DNA from: Kiritimatiellia bacterium
GTDB lineage: Bacteria; Verrucomicrobiota; Kiritimatiellia; RFP12; UBA1067
Assembly (NCBI GenBank): GCA_017563185.1
Contig: JAFXIL010000123.1
Location: forward strand, 1 to 61,508
DNA: 61,508 bases
Reading direction: 5' to 3'
In this document: positions 1 to 8,138 of the stretch, piece by piece
How the letters are laid out: the number at the start of each line of letters is the position of its first letter
How positions within the stretch are numbered: position 1 is the first letter of the stretch
Position numbers and translations under genes: made by a program
Notes under the pieces: model-generated
The model's input: only the letters and a program-made list of their open reading frames with translations
Database searches by the model: none
Told to the model about the DNA's origin: nothing

Positions 1-2630
1 CCGAGACGATGGTCGAGACGTCCACCACGTCCTCTCCGGCGTTTGGAACGCGCGTCTCGCGCGGCGTGTGCGGGCTTGTGCTGGAGGAGGAGACGGCGGA
101 CGAGACGATCGCGCACATCTACGATCCGCACGGACGCGAGGAGCGCACCGACAGGCGCGCGCACGGCGAGGCGGACTTCAGGACGGTCGCCGAATTCGTG
201 TACAATGCCATGGGCGACATAGTCGAGCGGCGCACGTACACGAACGCGACGGACTACGTGACGGAGCGCTTCGCGTACGACCACGAGGGCCGCGAGATTG
301 CATCCACCAACGCGCTCGGCAGCGTGGTCACGACGTCATACGATCCGCGCGGCAACGTGACCGCGGTTGACGGCGCCACGTATCCGCTCCGCATGGAGTA
401 CGACCTCAAGGGACGGCGCACGTCCCTCAAGACCACGCGCGACGGCGAAAGCTGGGACGAGACGCGCTGGGCCTTGGACCCCGCCACGGGCCTCTGCCTC
501 TCCAAGACCTACGCCGACGGCTCCACCATCTCCTACACCTACACGCCAGATGGCCTCCCCGCCCGCACCACGTGGCCAGGCGGACGCTGGCAGGAGAACG
601 GATACAACGCGAGGCGGGAGGTCGTCTCGACGGAGCGGTCGGACGGGGAAGAGACGGCGTTTGCATACGACGCGTATTCGTGCGAGATTGTCGTGACAAA
701 CGATTCCGCTTCGATCGAATTCACGCGGGACGACAGGGGCAGGGCGACTAACGTCACGACGACTGTTGCGGGCACGACTCATTCGCTGATGCGGGAGTTT
801 GACAATGCCGGACGCCTTGCAAGAAGCGGTGATTTGTTCTATGAATACGATTCCGAGGGACGGCTTGCGGTGGTCTCCAACTCGATCGCGGCGGTGGAGT
901 ATCAATACGCCGCAGATGGGCTTGACGCGGGATATTCGCTGACGCTTCATAACGGCAGCGTGTTCGCCCGAAGCGTGGCGCGGGATGCCATGCGCCGCTC
1001 TCTGGTGACGGGGATCACCAGTTCAATGAACAACAACCCGGTGGAGAGCATTGCATATTCATACGATGCGCTCGGAAGGCCGACAAACAGAAACAACGAC
1101 GCCTTCGGCTACAACGAGCGCGGCGAGGTGACGTCGGCGTCGATCATGGGATGGTCGCCCTCCCCGTCGACCGCGTCATACGGCTACGACGACATAGGCA
1201 ACCTGCAATTGTCCTCGTTCAACGCCGCGACGAACGCCTACACGGCCAACGGCCTCAACCAGTACACTTCCATTCTCTGTGACTCTGTGACTCTGTGTGA
1301 GCCGACATACGATACAGACGGCAACATGCTTTCCGACGGCGTCCTGTCGTTCACATACGACGCCGCCAGTCGGCTGAAGACGGTTTCGTCGAACGGCGTT
1401 ACGCTCGTCACGAACTTCTACGACGCGAAGTCGCGCCGCGTGAAGAAGGTGACGCCGAATGCCACGACCACGTTCTTCTACGACGACTGGAACCTCGTGG
1501 AGGAGCGAATCGCCTACGCGGACAATACGACATCGACGATCCGCTACTACTGGGGTGATGACCTCTCCGGCACGTTGCAGGGCGCGGGCGGCGTAGGCGG
1601 GCTTCTGTGGCTTACGGTTGACGGCACGATCTACATTCCATGCTACGACAGCAACGGCAACGTCACGCGCTATCTCAGCGTCAACGGTGGTGCCTTGGCA
1701 CGGTACTCATACGATGCCTTCGGCAAGCTCATCGCCAAGTCCGGCAGGCGCGCCAGCTTCTTCCGCCATCGCTTCTCCACCAAGTACTTTGACACCGAGA
1801 CCGGCCTCTACTACTACGGCTACCGCTTCTACCATCCAGGCCTCATGCGCTGGCTCAACAGAGATCCAATGGGGGAGGAAGGGGGGATAAATCTGTATGT
1901 GCCATGTGGAAATGACGTGTTCGGAAAATTTGACTATTTGGGACTCAGTTGGCTTATATTACGTAGTGGAGACACGTTCGCATATGCAGTGCCAACAGCG
2001 CCAGATGATACGTTCAGTGGCCTTGCCGAGGTCGTACAGCTTGATGAATCAGATTGCCAAAAATGGGCTCACACAACGGACGAACTGCCAATCAAATGCA
2101 AGTGGTATTTGATTCCAAACACGAAGGTATATCATAAGGGAGTGCGTCGGTTTTACGAAAATTGGTCTAACAGCGTCATAGGCAATTGGGATCGGCAGAA
2201 TGCGCAGCAAATGTCGCAAGATAAAAATGACGGGTTTAATGTTGTATTGAAGGACAACATCACAGATGTGGACGTTCGGTCAGCATTGGGTGCCGACGGG
2301 CTTTATGAATATGTATTTACAGGGCATGGCTCTGGCGGTGGAGATATTGTAACTGAAGATTTTGATTCTTTTTTTAGCCCATCGCGCATCACTTTATATG
2401 GGATTCACAGACTCACGATGCAGGGATGCGATACGGCAAACGATGTCATAATAAACGGCACTGTCAATCTGGCAGGATGGAGTGCCAATGTTGCAGTCGC
2501 GGGAAGATTTGTTGGTTATCTGGGTGCAGTCAATATATTCTCGGCCTCCGGGAATATGATAATCCGAGCAGGAACTAATTCAGGCGACATCTTAACCACA
2601 AGGAATATGCACGGAGGGAAAGAGAAATGA
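1..2630 (+). CDS. RHS repeat-associated core protein (5' incomplete) with C-terminal toxin domain (LysM-like + caspase-fold protease-like)
   Basis: Many YD repeats; core RFSTKYFDTETGLYYYGYRFY...RWLNRDP..EEGGINLY...DYLGL; GC drops after ~1870; tip has YVFTGHG...LTMQGC. The frame runs to the window edge. Confidence 0.93.
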   Translation, partial: ETMVETSTTSSPAFGTRVSRGVCGLVLEEETADETIAHIYDPHGREERTDRRAHGEADFRTVAEFVYNAMGDIVERRTYTNATDYVTERFAYDHEGREIASTNALGSVVTTSYDPRGNVTAVDGATYPLRMEYDLKGRRTSLKTTRDGESWDETRWALDPATGLCLSKTYADGSTISYTYTPDGLPARTTWPGGRWQENGYNARREVVSTERSDGEETAFAYDAYSCEIVVTNDSASIEFTRDDRGRATNVTTTVAGTTHSLMREFDNAGRLARSGDLFYEYDSEGRLAVVSNSIAAVEYQYAADGLDAGYSLTLHNGSVFARSVARDAMRRSLVTGITSSMNNNPVESIAYSYDALGRPTNRNNDAFGYNERGEVTSASIMGWSPSPSTASYGYDDIGNLQLSSFNAATNAYTANGLNQYTSILCDSVTLCEPTYDTDGNMLSDGVLSFTYDAASRLKTVSSNGVTLVTNFYDAKSRRVKKVTPNATTTFFYDDWNLVEERIAYADNTTSTIRYYWGDDLSGTLQGAGGVGGLLWLTVDGTIYIPCYDSNGNVTRYLSVNGGALARYSYDAFGKLIAKSGRRASFFRHRFSTKYFDTETGLYYYGYRFYHPGLMRWLNRDPMGEEGGINLYVPCGNDVFGKFDYLGLSWLILRSGDTFAYAVPTAPDDTFSGLAEVVQLDESDCQKWAHTTDELPIKCKWYLIPNTKVYHKGVRRFYENWSNSVIGNWDRQNAQQMSQDKNDGFNVVLKDNITDVDVRSALGADGLYEYVFTGHGSGGGDIVTEDFDSFFSPSRITLYGIHRLTMQGCDTANDVIINGTVNLAGWSANVAVAGRFVGYLGAVNIFSASGNMIIRAGTNSGDILTTRNMHGGKEK

Positions 2631-3037
2631 ATCGGGGCACCAAATGTCGTAACTTAGTCGTCAGTACAGTGGCAGCAATTCTATTAGGATATGTTTTCCT
2701 AATGTTTTTTGTTGCATTTAAGAGTCCGTTTACTGTACTTGGCGAACGAGCAAGGCGAGAAAAATGTAGGCGTCTAATGAGGGTGCTACTATCAGCCACA
2801 AATTTGTTTGACACGGTTCAGGAAGCCGCTGATCAGTTTCGGCATTTTGAGGATCCGTGGGGGCATAATTATAATGCCATTGTATCTGATGAGTTTTCCA
2901 ACGTTAGTTTTGGAAATATTTCAGGCTGTTCTATTATAATGTGGTCTTCGGGCCCAAATGGTATCAACGAGAATGGACAGGGGGATGATGTGATGGTTGG
3001 AGATGGGCGAGTCGGGTTCAATAAAGGAAATGATTAA
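2627..3037 (+). CDS. Putative immunity protein 1, membrane-anchored, GspG/pseudopilin C-terminal-like motif
   Basis: ATGA overlap with the toxin stop; low GC; N-terminal TM helix; DPWG..Y...WSSGPNG..E.G.GDD motif. Confidence 0.7.
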   Translation: MNRGTKCRNLVVSTVAAILLGYVFLMFFVAFKSPFTVLGERARREKCRRLMRVLLSATNLFDTVQEAADQFRHFEDPWGHNYNAIVSDEFSNVSFGNISGCSIIMWSSGPNGINENGQGDDVMVGDGRVGFNKGND

Positions 3038-4380
3038 TGATGAAGTACGCGGCCAGTCCAGTAGTGCGCACGGTCGAACACATCTACGACGAGCTGGGAG
3101 AGCGCGTCGGCTCCGTGCAGGACGGAGTGGACTGGATCGAAGAGGAAACTCACTCCTTCGCGTGGGACGGCTGGAACATGGTGCTTGAGAGAATTGACTA
3201 TGCGGACTTTACAACGTCGTCGCGCGTCATAGAATACTATTGGGGTGACGACCTCTCCGGCTCGGAGCAGGGAGCGGGAGGAGTGGGCGGAATTCTCGCG
3301 GTCACGTGCGACGGCAAGTTCTACGTGCCGATCTACGGCGGCAATGGAAACATCATGGGCTATGTCGATGATAGCGGTGCATTCGTTGCAAAGTTCGTGT
3401 ACGATCCGTTTGGAGGTGTTGTGTCCATAGAGGGCGACATCGAGGAACCTCCTCCTCCGATGTCAGGCGAGGAGCCGCCATACGTTGACCGCACTGGCCT
3501 ACACGGAAGCGAATTCTCCTTCGGCTTCTCGACCAAGTACCACGACCGCGAGGTGGGCCTGATCGCCTACCAGCTGCGCAGCTACAGCCCCCGCCTCGGC
3601 CGCTGGCTCAACCGTGATCCGATTGAGGAAGAGGGCGGGGTGAATTTGTATGGGTTTGTAGATAATGAAGTGGTGTACAGAATTGATGCATATGGTTTGT
3701 GGAAGGGCACGAAGGAAAGTTATGGGTTCAAGCGTCGCGTTTACAAGAAATCACGAGACGTGAAATCGTTGAAATCGCTTGCGAATAGGGTGGGTTTGGA
3801 CATTGAATCAATATCTGCATGGGGACGTATAGAGACTTCTCCTGTTGCGTCAGAGACTTCTTCTTCCCCAATTACCCCTACAACGCCATCGTCTAAATAC
3901 TGTTATGTATCAGTGCCAAATATTTGGATAGAAGCAGATCTTTTGCGCGGAGGTAATGTTTACAATCGTGTGATAGTCAACCCTGGTGGCACTATAGGAT
4001 CGTTTTTTGGACAGACCTTAGGGCGTTGGGGATATCACACTGTTAAACCTAAAACGCCAAAAGAGTTGTTCCGAATAGTTGGAGAAAGCGGAAAGAATCT
4101 TTATGGGTTAACAGTTTACGCACATGGTAGTACAAATGGGTATATTGTGTCCTCAGACGAGAGAATGATTCATCAAACGAGATTGACGACATCAATTCGT
4201 AGTAAAGGTTATAGGATTGCCAGAGCAAATATGATGCAATGTTATAGTGCGATTCCTTTTGGATCTATACCAGTTGAACAATATAAAGAGATGCCGTTTG
4301 ACTATACTGCCGAGTGGACGAAAACCGCTGTAAAATTTTTTGGTTATGAAGGGATGAATATCATTGGTATAGATTTCTAA
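3037..4380 (+). CDS. Orphan RHS core + C-terminal toxin 2 (LysM-like + caspase-fold protease-like)
   Basis: YYWGDDLSG..QGAGGVGG, FSTKY, RWLNRDPIEEEGGVNLY, DAYGL; tip has LTVYAHG...ANMMQC; lacks the long N-terminal YD shell. Confidence 0.88.
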   Translation: MMKYAASPVVRTVEHIYDELGERVGSVQDGVDWIEEETHSFAWDGWNMVLERIDYADFTTSSRVIEYYWGDDLSGSEQGAGGVGGILAVTCDGKFYVPIYGGNGNIMGYVDDSGAFVAKFVYDPFGGVVSIEGDIEEPPPPMSGEEPPYVDRTGLHGSEFSFGFSTKYHDREVGLIAYQLRSYSPRLGRWLNRDPIEEEGGVNLYGFVDNEVVYRIDAYGLWKGTKESYGFKRRVYKKSRDVKSLKSLANRVGLDIESISAWGRIETSPVASETSSSPITPTTPSSKYCYVSVPNIWIEADLLRGGNVYNRVIVNPGGTIGSFFGQTLGRWGYHTVKPKTPKELFRIVGESGKNLYGLTVYAHGSTNGYIVSSDERMIHQTRLTTSIRSKGYRIARANMMQCYSAIPFGSIPVEQYKEMPFDYTAEWTKTAVKFFGYEGMNIIGIDF

Positions 4381-4390
4381 AGGAGTTATT

Positions 4391-4840
4391 ATGAATAATC
4401 GGAAGTTCTTCTCCCTAGTCACATTTCTGCTGATATTTACATCAGGGTGTGTAATACCTATTCCACATAAAAGAGTGTCGCGTGTGGGATGTGAAGGAGT
4501 AGTCCTTGATGCTAGAACTGGTAACCCAATTAGGGAGGCTACAGTTTGTGTCATGTATGGGGGCGCGACAAATATTGAGGCGCGAACAGATGCCAAGGGC
4601 CATTATAGAATCTGTGACGAGACAACTTGGCATGGGGCCTATTTTATTGGTGTCCCTGTAAGTTTCTCGTTATTTCCAACGCTTGACGCACCTCTGTATC
4701 CGCTCGCAATATCCGTGAGTGCGGAAGGGTATGACCGCTGGAAGTGGCAAGCTTGGATTGATATTGATTCCAACAGTGCATTTTCCGATGAATCAGCAGA
4801 AATTTTTCCTTCAACCATGCGGTTGAATTCAATTGAATGA
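4391..4840 (+). CDS. Putative immunity lipoprotein 2 (carboxypeptidase-regulatory-like beta-sandwich)
   Basis: RBS AAGGAG; lipobox TSGC; GVVLDARTGNPI..A.V...TDAKGHY motif; directly follows toxin 2. Confidence 0.72.
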   Translation: MNNRKFFSLVTFLLIFTSGCVIPIPHKRVSRVGCEGVVLDARTGNPIREATVCVMYGGATNIEARTDAKGHYRICDETTWHGAYFIGVPVSFSLFPTLDAPLYPLAISVSAEGYDRWKWQAWIDIDSNSAFSDESAEIFPSTMRLNSIE

Positions 4841-5889
4841 GAGTGTACCTAGAACGTATGAGTAGTAGATGTGCCATAGAAAAAAGAGCCGCTGACTTAA
4901 GACGAGGATCGGGCGGGCGCTGCATGCGGCGACCGCGTGGGTGGCGTGTCGCTCGAAGTCTGAAGTCCGAAGTCGGAAGTCGTGAAAACGCGCGGGTACT
5001 GTCCCCGAGGAGGCTGTTTTTAACGCAGAGCCGCAGAGGCGCGGAGGATGCGGAGGTATGTTTGAAGAAGCGCACGGGGAAAGTCCCTGCTGGGTTAATT
5101 TCCATCGAGAACGTCCTGTCTGCGCCTATGCCGTCGCTGGACGGCTCGCCGGTCCCGATTCCGGTAGGCCTTCACGGAAGAGAGTTCTCCTTCGGCTTCT
5201 CGACGAAGTACCACGACCGCGAGGTGGGCTTGATCGCCTACCAGCTGCGCAGCTACAGCCCCCGCCTCGGCCGCTGGCTCAACCGGGATCCGATTGAGGA
5301 AAAGGGAGGGGTGAATCTGTATGGGTTTGTAGATAATATGCCATCTGGCCTTTTTGATTTATCCGGAATGCATTCATTTAAATTTGTTGACCTTGGGTGG
5401 AGCTACGCCAATATTTTATCTGGTAACATAGTGGATATGTTAGGTACACCGATTACCGATCACATCGGAGTTACGCCATATTTTTTGATAGCAGAATCTA
5501 GATGTCTTTGTGAATCAGGTAAATACGTTCCAGACTATACTTTTAAGTTATTGGTTTATAGTTTGATTCAGGATTCAAATGATCCAGTCTGGACTAACAA
5601 TGCGTATGGCACAAAAATCGACGATCCTCGGGTTAAGAACAAGTGGAACTCATTTTGGTTTTTCACGGTAAGAAGGCGTATCAATCTTGTTTTGGAGCAT
5701 GAGGAACGGCATAGAAAACATGCTCGTGAGAGTTACGATGACATAATCGCTGCGTTAAAAGTGAAAGAAGAATTCCTCATGAGAGAAGAGTGCGAAAAGT
5801 GGGCTAAGGAAAAAATTAAATCTGCAAAATGGCTTTACGAAATGATCGAGAAAGAAAAAGCAGCGAATGTCGAGAAAGGTAGGAGGTAG
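4837..5889 (+). CDS. Orphan RHS core fragment (RHS homology from ~5100) + HExxH zincin-like toxin 3; N-terminal ~87 codons derive from the intergenic junction region
   Basis: FSFGFSTKYHDREVGL...RWLNRDP...DLSGM, then LEHEERHRKH. Confidence 0.8.
   Translation: MRVYLERMSSRCAIEKRAADLRRGSGGRCMRRPRGWRVARSLKSEVGSRENARVLSPRRLFLTQSRRGAEDAEVCLKKRTGKVPAGLISIENVLSAPMPSLDGSPVPIPVGLHGREFSFGFSTKYHDREVGLIAYQLRSYSPRLGRWLNRDPIEEKGGVNLYGFVDNMPSGLFDLSGMHSFKFVDLGWSYANILSGNIVDMLGTPITDHIGVTPYFLIAESRCLCESGKYVPDYTFKLLVYSLIQDSNDPVWTNNAYGTKIDDPRVKNKWNSFWFFTVRRRINLVLEHEERHRKHARESYDDIIAALKVKEEFLMREECEKWAKEKIKSAKWLYEMIEKEKAANVEKGRR
4905..5012 (+). repeat. Inter-cassette junction repeat, copy 1 (no REP doublet)
   Basis: AGGATCGGGCGGGCGCTGCATGCGGCG...(GAAGTCN)n...AAACGCGCGGGTACTGTCCCCGAGGAG. 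Confidence 0.85.
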
Positions 5890-5892
5890 GCT

Positions 5893-6768
5893 ATGAAAAA
5901 ATTGGTGTCGTATGTTTTCTTGTGGACGGCAGTGGTGACTATCACGTCGGGCGGATGTCAGAGCATGACAGACGAGGCGCCAACGTCCTCTTTGCGAGAG
6001 CACTATTACTTTGTAAAAAAAATCGAACACAGGGCTTTGTCCATGGGGAGCGTTGCGACTAATGAGGTTCCAGATGTATGGCAAGGAAAAATATCGGACT
6101 ACTTTGGCATTCAGGATGCACTTGAGGCCTATAATATAGGCAGAACCATAACCCGTGAAGCCGCTTTCAGTCGGTCTGTTGCTTCATTGCCAGCATATAG
6201 CGAAACGAATATTGTCCAGCAGGCGTTCAAGGACGGAATCGACGATGGCACCGTAAATGACGTGAATGTCTTAAGACGCAGAGATCAAAGCCGAAGGCGG
6301 CTCCAGGAGAAGTTCTGGGGATGTGGAGTTGCCTCAGAGGAGGATGATCCTGAGGCTTGCGCTACTACGGATGGTGGTGTGGCAACTAATTATTATTCTG
6401 AATTGGCAGCTTCATATACATCTGGATATAAAAATGGGTGGCGTGTGGTCAATAGACTTAAGAAGTCGCCGATTTCCACGGTGGTTGGTTGTGGTGGGCC
6501 ATATCTTGGTCCGGATGCTATGAGGCGTGCGTATGTTTACGGGTGGTATTCGGCTTGTCATGATTATTTCGTCTTGCATGGTGATGAAGTACATTATGTC
6601 GATCAGACTGGTTGTATTCTTCAGGTAGGTCTTGATCCTTTTGATTATTACAGGATGAAGGTCGACCGTTTTAAAGAAAGGGAATTTGAGTTTCTACTTT
6701 TCTGTGCAAGGCAACGGCAAGGATTTTATAGTCAATTGTGGCAGTTGCTGTTCGTTTGCAGAAAATGA
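5893..6768 (+). CDS. Putative immunity lipoprotein 3
   Basis: RBS AGGAGG; signal peptide with SGGC lipobox-like end; low GC; follows toxin 3. Confidence 0.65.
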   Translation: MKKLVSYVFLWTAVVTITSGGCQSMTDEAPTSSLREHYYFVKKIEHRALSMGSVATNEVPDVWQGKISDYFGIQDALEAYNIGRTITREAAFSRSVASLPAYSETNIVQQAFKDGIDDGTVNDVNVLRRRDQSRRRLQEKFWGCGVASEEDDPEACATTDGGVATNYYSELAASYTSGYKNGWRVVNRLKKSPISTVVGCGGPYLGPDAMRRAYVYGWYSACHDYFVLHGDEVHYVDQTGCILQVGLDPFDYYRMKVDRFKEREFEFLLFCARQRQGFYSQLWQLLFVCRK

Positions 6769-6856
6769 ACACGAACCACGTGTGGCGAAGGAAAAGAGAT
6801 TTGAGTAGAAAAGTAACAGAAGAGAGGAATTCCGACTTCAGACGTCGGACGTGGGC

Positions 6857-7002
6857 AGGATCGGGCGGGCGCTGCATGCGGCGGTCGCGCGGCGCGCGCG
6901 TTGTCGCCTCGCGAGGCCAGGAGTTGGAAGTCACGAATCGGGGAAGCGGCACTCTTGCCGCTTATGCATTGGCGCGTCATTGTGAAGCGACAAGAGTGTC
7001 GC
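6857..7002 (+). repeat. Inter-cassette junction repeat, copy 2 (REP doublet, truncated in its right arm)
   Basis: AGGATCGGGCGGGCGCTGCATGCGGCG is identical to copy 1; 6934-7002 is near-identical to 7225-7293. Confidence 0.85.
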
Positions 7003-7154
7003 ATGACGCGCTTGGACGGCCTGTCTCCACGGCTGATTCGGAGTCCGTCGCGCGTATCTGGACGTACAACGAACGCTCCGAGATGACGGGATGCACTTCG
7101 AACGACGGCAGCTACTCGTACTTCTACGATTCGATCGGCAACCGCACGTCGGCT
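7002..7154 (+). pseudogene. Short RHS YD-repeat fragment
   Basis: Translates HDALGRPVS...WTYNERSEMTG...YSYFYDSIGNRTSAG, between two junction repeats. Confidence 0.8.
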
Positions 7155-7327
7155 GGACTGGGCGTGCGCTGCATACGGCTACCACGCGGTGGGCATGTCG
7201 TTGGAAGTCGGAAGTCGGATGTCCCGAATCGGGGAAGCGGCACTCTTGCCGCTTCTGCATTGGCGCGTCATTGTGAAGCGACAGGAGTGTCGCTTCCCCG
7301 AAACGCGTGGGAACTGTCCCTGAGGAG
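7155..7327 (+). repeat. Inter-cassette junction repeat, copy 3, with complete 73-bp REP-like doublet (7229-7301)
   Basis: TCGGGGAAGCGGCA-CTCT-TGCCGCTTC...GAAGCGACA-GGAG-TGTCGCTTCCCCGA: two 9-bp-stem hairpins in inverted orientation. Confidence 0.88.
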
Positions 7328-7334
7328 TTCGGTC

Positions 7335-7787
7335 ATAAGAAGATTCTTATTGAACGGCTTAAGTTGTATCCTGTTGTCTGTAGCGTTAGGATGTAGACCG
7401 CAGGAAAGAGTTGAGTTGGATCATGCGCACGGCTGTGATCTGCTCGTCGAAACGAGTTCCAGTCCGCTTCAATATCGCGACATCCGCTATGTTGCCAAGG
7501 GAACGGAGAACCTGTGCAAATTGGTTGAACATTCCGTTACGAATTTTAAACAGAAGCGATTTGCATATGTGATGTGTCCATACTATCTTAAATATCGCAA
7601 TAGGATGATTGGTGTGACAGGGGATGGTGAGCTTGATGTCTCTCCTACGGATCCTTCAAAGCTACATGTTCGGGCAGATCATGTTCTAGTTATTCCGGAT
7701 TCTGTTACTTGTACACAAATAGTTACAGAAATTAGAGGAATTCTAAAAGAAGGGCAATATCCTTTCTTGCCTAGGAGTAAGCCATGA
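7335..7787 (+). CDS. Orphan immunity-like lipoprotein (start uncertain: ATA 7335 or TTG 7350)
   Basis: RRFLLNGLSCILLSVALG-C lipoprotein signal; GAGGAG at 7322-7327; low GC. Confidence 0.55.
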   Translation: MRRFLLNGLSCILLSVALGCRPQERVELDHAHGCDLLVETSSSPLQYRDIRYVAKGTENLCKLVEHSVTNFKQKRFAYVMCPYYLKYRNRMIGVTGDGELDVSPTDPSKLHVRADHVLVIPDSVTCTQIVTEIRGILKEGQYPFLPRSKP

Positions 7788-8138
7788 AGCGAACGCAGAA
7801 TACGACTATCAACCGCTTGAAGACCAACGCGCGTGGACTGTTCCCGGCGAGTTTCGCTCTTCACTCCCTTTAGGACACACGACGACGAGATGCATTCGCT
7901 CGATCCATGCGACAGCTCCAACGAGAACGGCGCAGACGAGAACGAACCGGTGGAGCATGTTGCCGCAGACCGCGAAGCGCGCAGCGCGTTCTTCTTCTGA
8001 AGGCGGTCCGGCGAAATATATGTGACGCGATCGTCCCATGCCTCGGCGTCCATATATTTGTGGCAACTGCAAGATTTCAACATTAAAGTCACCGCAGAAT
8101 ACTAGCCACGAACCACGGCCCACTGGCTGCAGACCACG

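Larger units (their letters stand above)
3511..5337 (+). repeat. 156-bp direct repeat of the RHS core 3' end (3511-3666 and 5182-5337)
   Basis: Hand alignment gives 7 mismatches, mostly synonymous; encodes EFSFGFSTKY...NLYGFVDN. Confidence 0.92.

Noticed and set aside
3511-5337. 156-bp repeat pair as a DGR template/variable repeat
   Set aside because: Mismatches are not adenine-specific (C/G, C/T, T/G present) and are mostly synonymous; no reverse transcriptase is in the window.
4905-7327. Junction repeats as a CRISPR array or classical integron attC sites
   Set aside because: Spacing is irregular and gene-sized, there are no cas or intI genes, and I recognised no RYYYAAC/GTTRRRY ends.
7790-8130. 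Minus-strand ORF 7679-8092 as a real gene (faint phosphopantetheinyl-transferase-like start)
   Set aside because: No convincing motif or RBS, and it overlaps the lipoprotein gene; at most a relic.
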